Shown in pieces: positions 55,551 through 64,000 of a DNA stretch of 64,000 nt (positions are counted from its first letter, which is position 1; each line of letters begins with the position of its first letter). The stretch comes from Acidobacteriota bacterium. GTDB lineage: Bacteria; Acidobacteriota; UBA6911; RPQK01; JAJDTT01. The stretch lies in the NCBI GenBank assembly GCA_965217775.1, contig CBDCJH010000002.1, forward strand, positions 608,001 to 672,000, read 5' to 3'. The notes beneath the pieces were generated by a model, which had not been told where the DNA came from, made no database searches, and saw only the letters and a list, made by a program, of their open reading frames with translations. A program made the translations under genes and the position numbers.

Positions 55551-56666
55551 TCAGCCCACGTCTTGGGCCCGTCCCGTCCGGGCCGCTTCGTAGGCGCTGA
55601 AGATGGCCTTGAGCACATGGAGGCACTCCTCGCCGCTGGCCGGCGGCGGGCCGGTGCCCCGGGCCGCGTCCAGGACCGCCTCCACGAGACGCTGGTAGGG
55701 GCCGACCTCGTAGGAGAAGGGAAAGGACTGGACCCCTTTGGGAGCGTCGGGATCTGTCGAGTACCACTCCAGCGGGGAGTTGTCCTCGTCGAATCGGAGC
55801 CATCCCTTGGAGCCCCAGAGGGTCAGGCCCAGATGGTAGCCCCGGTCGAGGTAGTATCCGCCGTGGTAGGTTCCCACCATCCCCTTCCGGGACTGAAAGG
55901 TGACCCCCACCGAGTCCTCGACGTCGATGGGCTGGCCCCCCACGTTGCGGGTCATGGCGGAGACCCGTTCGATGCGGTCCTGCGTCAGATGCTGGAGCAG
56001 GTCCACATAGTGGATTCCCAGCCAGATCAGGTTTCCTCCGCCCGCCGTGTCTCGCGACGCGAGCCAGGAACGGTGAAACTCGGGGCGGGTGAGGCGGGTC
56101 TGATCCGCCACCACCAGCAGATGCGCCGCGTAGGGTTTGCCGATGAAACCGGACCGCACCAGTTCCCGGGCCTTGACGGCTCCCGGATGCACTCGCAGAT
56201 AGAAGGCCAATGTGAGTGTCAACTGCTTGGCTTCTGCGAGCCGGACCAGGGGTTCGAAGTCCTCGGCCCGGGTGCAGGAGGGTTTTTCAGCTAGAACGTG
56301 GCAGCCGGCCTCCAGGGACTTCCGGATCAAGGGTGGAGCTTTATGAGCAGCCAGGCTGATGACGGCCGCGCGGGGTCGAAACTCCCGCAGCATTCGGTCG
56401 TGGTCCCGAAACGTGGTTAACTTCGCGCCCAGAGCATCGCGCGCACCCGTGAACGTGGTCCCGCTCTCATCGGAGATTCCCACGGCTTCGACGCCGTCAA
56501 TCTGGGCCAGAGATCGGAGATAGGCGCTCAGATGGGGTCCTTTCTCCTGGGTGATCACACCGACCCGGAGGGGTTCGACGGCGGCGGACCGGGCCCCGCG
56601 GCTCAGAATCGAGGGAGCAATAAAAGCTCCGGCAGCGGCTCTTTGGAGAAAGGTTCTTCGTTTCAT
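55551..56666 (-). CDS. Tat-exported Gfo/Idh/MocA oxidoreductase
   Basis: MKRRTFL Tat signal; HVLAEKP and GGG-L-WLGIHYVD motifs. Confidence 0.9.
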   Translation of the reverse strand: MKRRTFLQRAAAGAFIAPSILSRGARSAAVEPLRVGVITQEKGPHLSAYLRSLAQIDGVEAVGISDESGTTFTGARDALGAKLTTFRDHDRMLREFRPRAAVISLAAHKAPPLIRKSLEAGCHVLAEKPSCTRAEDFEPLVRLAEAKQLTLTLAFYLRVHPGAVKARELVRSGFIGKPYAAHLLVVADQTRLTRPEFHRSWLASRDTAGGGNLIWLGIHYVDLLQHLTQDRIERVSAMTRNVGGQPIDVEDSVGVTFQSRKGMVGTYHGGYYLDRGYHLGLTLWGSKGWLRFDEDNSPLEWYSTDPDAPKGVQSFPFSYEVGPYQRLVEAVLDAARGTGPPPASGEECLHVLKAIFSAYEAARTGRAQDVG

Positions 56667-56760
56667 GGCGGGAAAGTTTAACAGGGTTGATAATTTCGAT
56701 CATGGTTCCAACTGCCACCGCGTCGAGATTGACGACCCGGTTTCAGGAAAGGAAAGAGGG

Positions 56761-58641
56761 ATGGTCTGGTCGACGGTGTCTAAAGGGATGAGAGCCGCGT
56801 CGGTCGGTTTCTGCCTCCTTCTGCCGGGGTTGGACTGCGCTCAGACTTTGGCTCAGGAAAAGATGGTGGTGGACACGCCCATGGAGCCGCCCGAATGGGC
56901 CTTCTTGCAACGCCGGCTCCTGGAGGCCAACAGCCAGGCTTGCCGGGTTCTGGCCCAACACGCCCTGGACGACCGCGGGTACCTCCTCCACGTGCCTCGC
57001 TGGGGAGTGATCGACGGGCCCGACGACGCCATCGAGACCTTCGGCGACTGGCCTCTTCTGCACTCCCTGGGAGCCGACGATTCGGTGTTGGAGGACTACA
57101 AGAGGGCCCAGGAGGGACACTGGCTCCAATACGGAGAACTGAGGACGGTGAAGACGGATCTGGCCAAAGAGGGGGCCTATTTTCAGGAATTCATCACCAT
57201 GTCCGACTGGGCGCACACCCGGGAAGGAATGCAGGCCTTCATGTCCCTGGGTCTTTCGGAGCCGGACAACTTCCTCTACCGCAAGCGGATGGCCCGCTTT
57301 GCCGGCCTCTACATGAACGAGGACCCGTCCGTCCCCAACTACGACCCGGTGCGTAAGCTGATCCGCAGCACCTGGACCGGAAGCAAGGGACCGATGCTGA
57401 GGCCGCCCACGGTCTACGATTGGGTGGGAGACCCCGTCCGGGGACGATTCCATTTTCTGCACAGCTCGGCCGGGCTGGAGGGGATGTTGGACTTCGCGAG
57501 CCACTATCCCAAGATGCTGGCCCACTGCGAGGACTACAAGGACAGCGTGGGAGACAGTCATCTGAACCTCTCCGCCACCAACTTGGCGTTGAACGCCTAC
57601 ATGATGACGGGCCGGGAGAAGTACCGGCGGTGGCTCCTGGAATACGTGGACGCCTGGAAGGAGCGGACGCGCGCCAACAACGGCTTCATCCCCACCAAGG
57701 TGGGCCTGGACGGCAAGCCGGGCGGCGCGTCGGGACAGTGGTGGAAGGGGCTCTACGGGTGGAATTTCTCCAACTTCGACGCCGAAGTGGGGTACGTGAA
57801 GCACCGGGGGACCATCTTCATCGGGACCTGGGACGGATTCGGAAACGCTTTTCTCCTCACCGGGGACCCGAGCTATCTGGCGGTCATGCGACAACAGCTC
57901 ATGCACTTCCACAGCCGGAAGCAGGTGGTCGACGGCAAGACGCTCATCCCCAAGATGTACGGCGACCCGCGGGGGCATACCTACACGGGAAAACCCGAAT
58001 GGTACGCGTGGACCGGGAAACTGAACCTGGATCGCTGGACCGAGCTCTACCTGTGGAGCATGGACCCGGCCGACCTGGAGCCCGTTCCCAAGACCGGCTG
58101 GATCGGATTTCTGGAAGGGTTGGAGCCCGACTACCCGGCCCGGATCTTGAGGAAAGACTTGGAGCGGGTCCGGAACCGGGTGCAGGCGATTCGGGATGAC
58201 CCGACGACGCCCGACACCCGGCTGCCCGATTGGTTCATGCACCTGAACCCGTCCACGAGCCGGAATCTGGCCAGCCTGATGACCGGGGCCTACCTTCCCA
58301 GTGTCATCTGGAGCGTGAATTTCCAGTTGCGCTATTTCGATCCCGGACGGCGCCGTTCGGGCGTCCCCCCGGATTTGGGTGCGCTGATCGAGCGAATAAC
58401 CGGCGATTCCGTGACCGTCACCCTGGTCAACCTCAATCCCGTCGCCCCGCGCACCGTAGTGGTCCAGGCGGGAGGATACGGGGAGCATCAGTTCACCCGA
58501 GCCGAACGGGATGGATCAAGAGAAGATCTGACCGACTCCGTCGTCACGGTCCGTTTGGAGCCCGGGTGTGGGACCCGTTTGACCTTGGGGATGAAGCGGT
58601 ACGCCAATACACCGACGCTGTTGCATCCTTGGGATCGCTGA
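56761..58641 (+). CDS. Secreted hypothetical protein (possible alpha/alpha-barrel carbohydrate-active enzyme)
   Basis: Long ORF with GC3-biased codon usage, signal-like N-terminus and Trp/Tyr-rich composition; no recognised catalytic motif. Confidence 0.65.
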   Translation: MVWSTVSKGMRAASVGFCLLLPGLDCAQTLAQEKMVVDTPMEPPEWAFLQRRLLEANSQACRVLAQHALDDRGYLLHVPRWGVIDGPDDAIETFGDWPLLHSLGADDSVLEDYKRAQEGHWLQYGELRTVKTDLAKEGAYFQEFITMSDWAHTREGMQAFMSLGLSEPDNFLYRKRMARFAGLYMNEDPSVPNYDPVRKLIRSTWTGSKGPMLRPPTVYDWVGDPVRGRFHFLHSSAGLEGMLDFASHYPKMLAHCEDYKDSVGDSHLNLSATNLALNAYMMTGREKYRRWLLEYVDAWKERTRANNGFIPTKVGLDGKPGGASGQWWKGLYGWNFSNFDAEVGYVKHRGTIFIGTWDGFGNAFLLTGDPSYLAVMRQQLMHFHSRKQVVDGKTLIPKMYGDPRGHTYTGKPEWYAWTGKLNLDRWTELYLWSMDPADLEPVPKTGWIGFLEGLEPDYPARILRKDLERVRNRVQAIRDDPTTPDTRLPDWFMHLNPSTSRNLASLMTGAYLPSVIWSVNFQLRYFDPGRRRSGVPPDLGALIERITGDSVTVTLVNLNPVAPRTVVVQAGGYGEHQFTRAERDGSREDLTDSVVTVRLEPGCGTRLTLGMKRYANTPTLLHPWDR

Positions 58642-58776
58642 GAATTTTCGACCGGTGGGAGTGGCGAGCGCGCAAGATTTCTTCTTCAGCGCGGTCTCAG
58701 GCCCCAAACCACAGCGGGAGTCGGCGGGATGGGACGCCCGGGCAACCCATACGGCCGCCCGGGTCCGGTTACGGGG

Positions 58777-59367
58777 TCAGGAACCCAACTTTTCGATCAT
58801 CCTCACCAGCGTGCTGACCTGGTTCTTCAGCGCATCGGCGAATTCTTCCAGTTGCCGGGCGTAGGCGCGCAAGGCCTGGATCTCGGGACCCGGACTCGGA
58901 GCCGGAGCAGACGTCTCGGGCTCGGGCGCCGCCTCTGCGGGTTCGGGGGCGGGCTCAGGCTCAGGTTCGGGTTCAGGTTCGGGCTCAGGTTCGGGTTCGG
59001 GTTCAGATTCGGGCTCGGGAGCTGCCGGAGCCTCCGGGGCGGCTTCCGCCTCGGCCTCAGGCTCAGGGCCGGCCTCTGCCACGGGCTCGGGAGCCGGTTC
59101 GGGAGCCGGTTCGGGGGCCGGCGGAGCCTCGACCTGGGACACGAAATAGAGTTCGCGGCCCCGTTTTTCCATCTCGACTCCTTCGACGGCATTCAGTAGC
59201 CGCTTGACCAGATTCTTGTCGTTCGGAGTCGACTTGAGACCCAGCTTGGATCCGTTATTGGAGATGAGTTGACTCACACTGGCCGCGCCCTCTTTCAGGA
59301 TGGCCCGGGCCAGGCCTTTCTGTATCCTTTGCAACTCAATTCGCTTACGACGTCGCCTCTTAGCCAT
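58777..59367 (-). CDS. Hypothetical protein: basic N-domain, Pro/Glu-rich linker, C-terminal amphipathic helix
   Basis: AAAGGA RBS upstream; (EP)n repeat encoded by a degenerate 6-bp tandem repeat at about 58945-59020. Confidence 0.75.
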   Translation of the reverse strand: MAKRRRRKRIELQRIQKGLARAILKEGAASVSQLISNNGSKLGLKSTPNDKNLVKRLLNAVEGVEMEKRGRELYFVSQVEAPPAPEPAPEPAPEPVAEAGPEPEAEAEAAPEAPAAPEPESEPEPEPEPEPEPEPEPEPAPEPAEAAPEPETSAPAPSPGPEIQALRAYARQLEEFADALKNQVSTLVRMIEKLGS

Positions 59368-59738
59368 TGTCCAATCCTTTCGTCTATTGTTTGAACCGAC
59401 TATCCAAAACCCCAGCAGAATTACAGTGACTATTATCCATCAATTGCCAGATCAAATCTACAAATTAAATGGTGAAAGTTGAATTTCCATCCGTTCGGCC
59501 TTTTCGGCCCGAATTCTTATGATCTAAAGCAAATGTGAGAATGCGCCGGTGATTTCTGCTTCGGAACTGCAGTCGAGAGTTTGTATGATAACAACATGGG
59601 GCCGATTTCCGTGCGACACTCAGGCAGTTTCCCGGCCGGACGGAAAGGATATGTGGGTACGCCATTCGATGGTCCAGACATGCATTGAATTTCATGTTTC
59701 CCGGACCCGATGGTAGGCTGTGAGGGAGGATCAAGCGC

Positions 59739-60926
59739 ATGATCAGCAGATTGAACCGGCGTCATTTCCTGGGAGGCGCCTTGGCGGTTTCTCCGTCCGT
59801 CATCGCTTCCGGCGGCGCCAAGCCAGGGACGGTTCGGGAGGAAGGGAAGCGGCGCCGGTTTCTCCTCTGGTGTGACAAGGGAGGCCTGATCAATCCGGCC
59901 GGCCCCGCCGATAATCCGAGAGTGGCCGAATTCGTCCGGAAATGCTCGAACCACGGAGTCACCGATCTGATCCCTTGGAGCGGGACTCGCGTTCTGGTGG
60001 AGGAGGGACGGAAGAAAGGGATACAAGTGCATCCCTACCTGGCCTTCAATTCCCACGGCTCCCGCCGTGTCAACTACGCCTGGTCCATTCACTATCTGAG
60101 TGCACCGCCCGATTCTCCCGATATGAAGGAGAAGCTGGAACGGCACCAGCCCATCTGGTCCCATCCCAGATCGTCCCCCAGCCTGACCGATTTCGCCCAG
60201 GCGCACCCTCAGTATTGGGCTCGGGACCGGAGTCGAAGCGACGAGATTCAGCCGGGACAAAGGCGCACCCTGAGCCTGGCCGTGCCCGAGGTCCGGGAGC
60301 ACGAGAGGGGCAACTACATGGCCCTGCTGGAACGCACCGGCGGCCACGGATTCCAGGTGGAGTTCGTCAGTCTGAACCAGGATGAGAACGGGGTTGGAAC
60401 GGACGGTTACGAAGAACCCATGATCCGGTTCTACCGGCAAAAATTCCGCCGCGATCCCATGGACCTGCCCAACGACGACCCCTCCTGGGTCCGGTTCCGG
60501 GCCGACTACACGACGGTCACCATCCGGGAGTTGAGGGAAGCCTTGAGGGAGGAAGACCCGTCGGCGCCCATGACCGTAGCCCTGGTGGCGCGGGAGATGG
60601 ACGACTATGTGAAGGTGTTTCAGGATTGGCCGACCTGGGTCGACCAGAATCTGGTGGATGAGCTCCATCTCTGGTTCCGCACCACTTCCGACGTCCGAAG
60701 GGTGGAGCGCCAAGTGGCCGATGCGGTGAAGAGGGTTGCGGGCCGGTGCCCCGTGGTGGCCGAGTTCTCGTGTTACCACGTGGGGAGCTTCCAGGATCCC
60801 GACCTGCTGCTGGAGGCCGCTCGCCGCGCCTACGGAAGCGGAGCCGACGTGGCGGGGATCTACCGCAGCCATGCCGTGGAGCAACTGGGTTTCTGGCCGC
60901 TGGTGGAGAAGATCGCCGCGCTTTGA
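59739..60926 (+). CDS. Tat-exported TIM-barrel glycoside hydrolase-like protein (GHL10-like)
   Basis: LNRRHFL Tat signal; HPQYWARD, LAVPEVR, W-RFR and QDWPTW motifs. Confidence 0.65.
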   Translation: MISRLNRRHFLGGALAVSPSVIASGGAKPGTVREEGKRRRFLLWCDKGGLINPAGPADNPRVAEFVRKCSNHGVTDLIPWSGTRVLVEEGRKKGIQVHPYLAFNSHGSRRVNYAWSIHYLSAPPDSPDMKEKLERHQPIWSHPRSSPSLTDFAQAHPQYWARDRSRSDEIQPGQRRTLSLAVPEVREHERGNYMALLERTGGHGFQVEFVSLNQDENGVGTDGYEEPMIRFYRQKFRRDPMDLPNDDPSWVRFRADYTTVTIRELREALREEDPSAPMTVALVAREMDDYVKVFQDWPTWVDQNLVDELHLWFRTTSDVRRVERQVADAVKRVAGRCPVVAEFSCYHVGSFQDPDLLLEAARRAYGSGADVAGIYRSHAVEQLGFWPLVEKIAAL

Positions 60927-60947
60927 TCACAGGTTAGGACACGAACG

Positions 60948-61934
60948 ATGAAGTCCATGCCAGGACGGCGTTTCTGGTTCCCAGCAGTGATGATGGTCCT
61001 GTGTGTCTCGGCAGTCCGGGCGGAAGATCCCCGGATCGTATCGGTGGAGAAGATCTGGGACCAGGGCCTCCACAACGCTTTCACCGACCTGATCCGTTTC
61101 CGTGAAAGGTGGTTCTGCACCTTTCGAGAGGGCGAACGACATGCCGCCGGACAGGACGGACGGATCCGGGTCATCACCTCATCTGATGGTGGGAGCTGGG
61201 AATCGGCGGCCCTCTTGACGACAGAAGGGGTGGACCTGAGGGATCCCAAGCTCTCCCGGACGCCCGACGATCGCCTCCTGCTGGTGGCCGGCGGCAGCAT
61301 TTACATCGATGATGTGTTCCAGACTCGCGTGCCCCGCGTGGCTTTCTCCCCGGACGGCTACGAGTGGACCTCTCCACAGCCTGTCCTGGCCGAAGAGCAC
61401 TGGCTCTGGCGCATCACCTGGCACCAGGGCACCGCCTACAGCGTCTCCAAGATGGGAGACGGGAAGAATACCCGCCGAGTCATCCTCTACTCGAGCCGGG
61501 ACGGCATCGAGTGGAACCGGATCACCGTATTCAAGAACATTCCTCCCTGGCCCAACGAGGCCACCATCCGCTTCCTGCCCGGGGACGAGATGATGATTCT
61601 CTTGCGGCGCAACGCCACCGGCTGGATCGGCACCAGCCACCCTCCCTATCGGAAATGGACGTGGACCGACACGGGGCACCGGTTGGGTGGACCCAATTTC
61701 ATTCGCCTGCCCGACGGCCGGCTCTGGGCGGGAAGCCGCGCCTATACCGGGGATCCCACGACGATTCTGGCCCGCATGACCCGGAACAGCTTTGAGCCGG
61801 TCCTGACCCTGCCCAGCGGCGGGGATACCAGCTATCCCGGAATGGTCTGGCACCAGGGTCTGCTCTGGATCAGCTACTACTCCTCCCACGAGGGGAAGAG
61901 CAGCATCTACCTGGCGAAGGTCCGACTGCCCTAG
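60948..61934 (+). CDS. Secreted BNR/Asp-box sialidase-like protein
   Basis: HNAFTDL, SSDGGSW, DLRDPKL, SRDGIEW and GDTSYPG motifs. Confidence 0.75.
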   Translation: MKSMPGRRFWFPAVMMVLCVSAVRAEDPRIVSVEKIWDQGLHNAFTDLIRFRERWFCTFREGERHAAGQDGRIRVITSSDGGSWESAALLTTEGVDLRDPKLSRTPDDRLLLVAGGSIYIDDVFQTRVPRVAFSPDGYEWTSPQPVLAEEHWLWRITWHQGTAYSVSKMGDGKNTRRVILYSSRDGIEWNRITVFKNIPPWPNEATIRFLPGDEMMILLRRNATGWIGTSHPPYRKWTWTDTGHRLGGPNFIRLPDGRLWAGSRAYTGDPTTILARMTRNSFEPVLTLPSGGDTSYPGMVWHQGLLWISYYSSHEGKSSIYLAKVRLP

Positions 61935-61935
61935 G

Positions 61936-62115
61936 AGGGGGGACATTCTTGTCCCCCTCTTGACCCGATTCTTCGTGTGGTCCTGTCTTGCTCCGCTTTG
62001 GACCGAAGAGGGCGCCCACAAGGGGCGCCCCTACCAATATTTTTCGTCAAAACGCCCACAAGGGGCGCCCCTACCCAATATTCGTCGTCAGGGCGCCGAC
62101 AAGGGGTGCCCCTAG
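61936..62115. repeat. Hairpin plus three tandem REP units (CCCACAAGGGGCGCCCCTAC-like) between convergent genes
   Basis: GGGGGACA-TTCT-TGTCCCCC hairpin; 61985-62034 matches the composite repeat; two further degenerate copies follow. Confidence 0.8.
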
Positions 62116-62133
62116 CAATTTTTGGGGAGGCCG

Positions 62134-63411
62134 TCAGACGCGGATCTGTCCGTCGCCGACGATGACGAACTTCTCCGTCACCAGACTCTCCAGCCCCATG
62201 GGTCCATAAGCGTGCAGGCGCGTGGTGCTGATTCCGATCTCGGCTCCCAGACCCAGTTCTCCTCCGTCCGAGAAACGAGTGGAGGCATTGACCAGGACCA
62301 CTGAGGAGTTGACCCGGTTCAGAAAGGCCTGTCCCGCGGCCGGGTTCTCGGTCACGATGGCCTCGGTATGGTCGGAACCGTAGGTTTCGATGTGGGCGAT
62401 GGCTTCGTCCATGTCCGAGACCACCCGGACGGCCAGAATCAGATCCAGGAACTCCTCGTGGTAGTCCTCTTCCGTGGCCGGTGTGACCCCGGGAAGAACC
62501 TCGCGGGTCCGCTCATCTCCCCGCAACTCGACTCCGAACCGATCCATCCGTTGGGCAAAACGAGGGAGGAACCGATCGGCAGCCTTCTCGTGGATCAGGA
62601 GGTTCTCCACGGCATTGCACACGGCGGGCCGGGAGATCTTGGCGTTCTCGGCGATGGTCAGAGCCTTCTCCAGATCGGCTTCCTCATCCACGTAGATGTT
62701 GCACACGCCCTTGTAGTGCTTGATGACCGGGATGCGGCTCGTTTTCGCCACGAAGCGGATCAATCCCTCGCCTCCCCTGGGGATGATGAGGTCGATGAAC
62801 TCCTCCTGCCGAACCAGTATGGCGATGGCGTTCCGGTCGGTAGTGTCCACCAGCCGGCACACATCCGAGAGTCCGGCCGGGGCCAGAGTCTTGCCGACCA
62901 GGTCCACCAGGGCCCGGTTGGAGTGGATGGCCTCGGAGCCCCCCTTGAGCACGGTGGCGTTGCCGGCCTTGAAGCAGAGGGCGAAGGCATCGACGGTGAC
63001 GTTGGGCCGAGCCTCGTAGATGATGCCGATCACTCCCAGAGGGATGGTCCGCTTGGCGACCTGGAGACCGTTGGGCCGGGTCCAGCTCTGGCGGTCGACG
63101 CCCACGGGATCCGGCAGCCGAGCCACTTCCCGCAGGCCCCGGATCATGGAGTCCATGCGTTTGCAATCCAGTTTCAGGCGATCCAGCAGGGCGCCGGTGA
63201 GACCCTTCCGGACTCCCGCTTCCAGGTCCCGGGCATTGGCTGCCAGCAGCGACTCACGAGCGTCCGGTTGCGACAGCCGATCGGCCAGGCTTTCCAGCAA
63301 CGCGTTCTTGGCGTCCGTGGACAGTCCGGCCAGCCGGCGGGAAGCCGCCTTGGCCCGCCTGGAAAGCCGGACGATTTCGTTTTCAAGCGAGGTCACGGTA
63401 GTCGTCATCAT
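62134..63411 (-). CDS. proA: Gamma-glutamyl phosphate reductase
   Basis: PLGVIGIIYEARPNVT, CNAVE and NASTRFSDGGELGLGAEIGIST motifs. Confidence 0.96.
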   Translation of the reverse strand: MMTTTVTSLENEIVRLSRRAKAASRRLAGLSTDAKNALLESLADRLSQPDARESLLAANARDLEAGVRKGLTGALLDRLKLDCKRMDSMIRGLREVARLPDPVGVDRQSWTRPNGLQVAKRTIPLGVIGIIYEARPNVTVDAFALCFKAGNATVLKGGSEAIHSNRALVDLVGKTLAPAGLSDVCRLVDTTDRNAIAILVRQEEFIDLIIPRGGEGLIRFVAKTSRIPVIKHYKGVCNIYVDEEADLEKALTIAENAKISRPAVCNAVENLLIHEKAADRFLPRFAQRMDRFGVELRGDERTREVLPGVTPATEEDYHEEFLDLILAVRVVSDMDEAIAHIETYGSDHTEAIVTENPAAGQAFLNRVNSSVVLVNASTRFSDGGELGLGAEIGISTTRLHAYGPMGLESLVTEKFVIVGDGQIRV

Positions 63412-63436
63412 TCTTCTCCCGCGAAAAAGGGGATGG

Positions 63437-64000
63437 TCATTTTACCAGCACCAGGTTGTCTCTATGGATCACCTCGTCGTAGTAGCTGTAACCGAGTTGC
63501 GCCCGGATCTCTTCGCTCTTGCAACCCCGAATGGCCTCCACTTCCCGGGAACTGTAGTAGCTCAGTCCCCGGGCGATCTCCCGGCCGTCGGGTCCCATGA
63601 CCCGGACCGGATTTCCGGAGTGAAACTTGCCCTCCACCGCGGTGATGCCGATGGATAGGAGACTCTTGCCCTGATGGGTCAGCGCTCGCGCCGCCCCCCG
63701 GTCCACCACCAGGCGCCCCTGAGGCTGGAGCGAATGCAGGATCCAGTGCTTCCGCGCCGAAAGCCGCTCCTTGAAAGGAAGGAAGAGCGTGCCCACCTCC
63801 CGTCCCTCCAGGACCGTCTCCAGGATGCCGTCGTCCAGGCCGCTGACCAGCAACGAGGGGATTCCCGAGTCGGCCGCCTTGCGGATGGCCAGCAGCTTGG
63901 AGCGCATCCCTCCCCGGTTGATGGACGCCGAATCGCGGGTGTCGCGCGTATGCCGAAAGTGCCAATCGGTGATTCGCTCCACGGTTGAAATCAGGCGTCC
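63437..64000 (-). CDS. proB: Glutamate 5-kinase, C-terminal part with PUA domain (5'-truncated)
   Basis: GGMRSKL, GTLF, VDRGA, SLL-GI, ARGL-Y and EVIHRDNLV motifs. Confidence 0.93.
   Translation of the reverse strand, partial: GRLISTVERITDWHFRHTRDTRDSASINRGGMRSKLLAIRKAADSGIPSLLVSGLDDGILETVLEGREVGTLFLPFKERLSARKHWILHSLQPQGRLVVDRGAARALTHQGKSLLSIGITAVEGKFHSGNPVRVMGPDGREIARGLSYYSSREVEAIRGCKSEEIRAQLGYSYYDEVIHRDNLVLVK

Noticed and set aside
61985-62115. Possible mini CRISPR array (three ~21-bp repeats with short spacers)
   Set aside because: Spacers are under 20 bp and resemble each other, the repeats are GTAG REP hairpins found elsewhere in the window, and there are no cas genes.

Overview
GC-rich bacterial chromosomal window. 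The gene repertoire (LptD, BshA, PVC-type heme-c protein, many Tat/Sec-exported sugar enzymes) suggests an Acidobacteriota-like diderm, which is an inference. Most of the window is housekeeping and catabolic genes: bshA, dacB, lepB, folK, lptD, ychF, leuA/C/D, bcp, a selD fusion, proA/proB, oxidoreductases and glycoside-hydrolase-like proteins. The standout is a translationally coupled four-gene operon at 8690-16571, just upstream of tRNA-Glu(CTC). It encodes a DrmA-like SF2 helicase, a DrmB-like DUF1998 protein, a compact SF1 helicase and a 535-aa unknown protein whose N-terminus shows a DarT/ART-fold-like motif pattern. It has no methyltransferase, DrmC, DrmD or DrmE, so it is a candidate non-canonical DrmAB-based anti-phage system. 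Other observations: an orphan MazE9-like antitoxin with a truncated MazF stub, an RHH-PIN TA pair, two full copies of a 164-bp MITE, a nested MITE, GTAG-type REP clusters, three tandem paralogous secreted proteins with a hypervariable Gly-rich loop, a TonB-dependent receptor interrupted by one in-frame TAA, and a basic-domain/Pro-Glu linker/coiled-coil protein. All calls come from visual motif recognition; no database searches were run.
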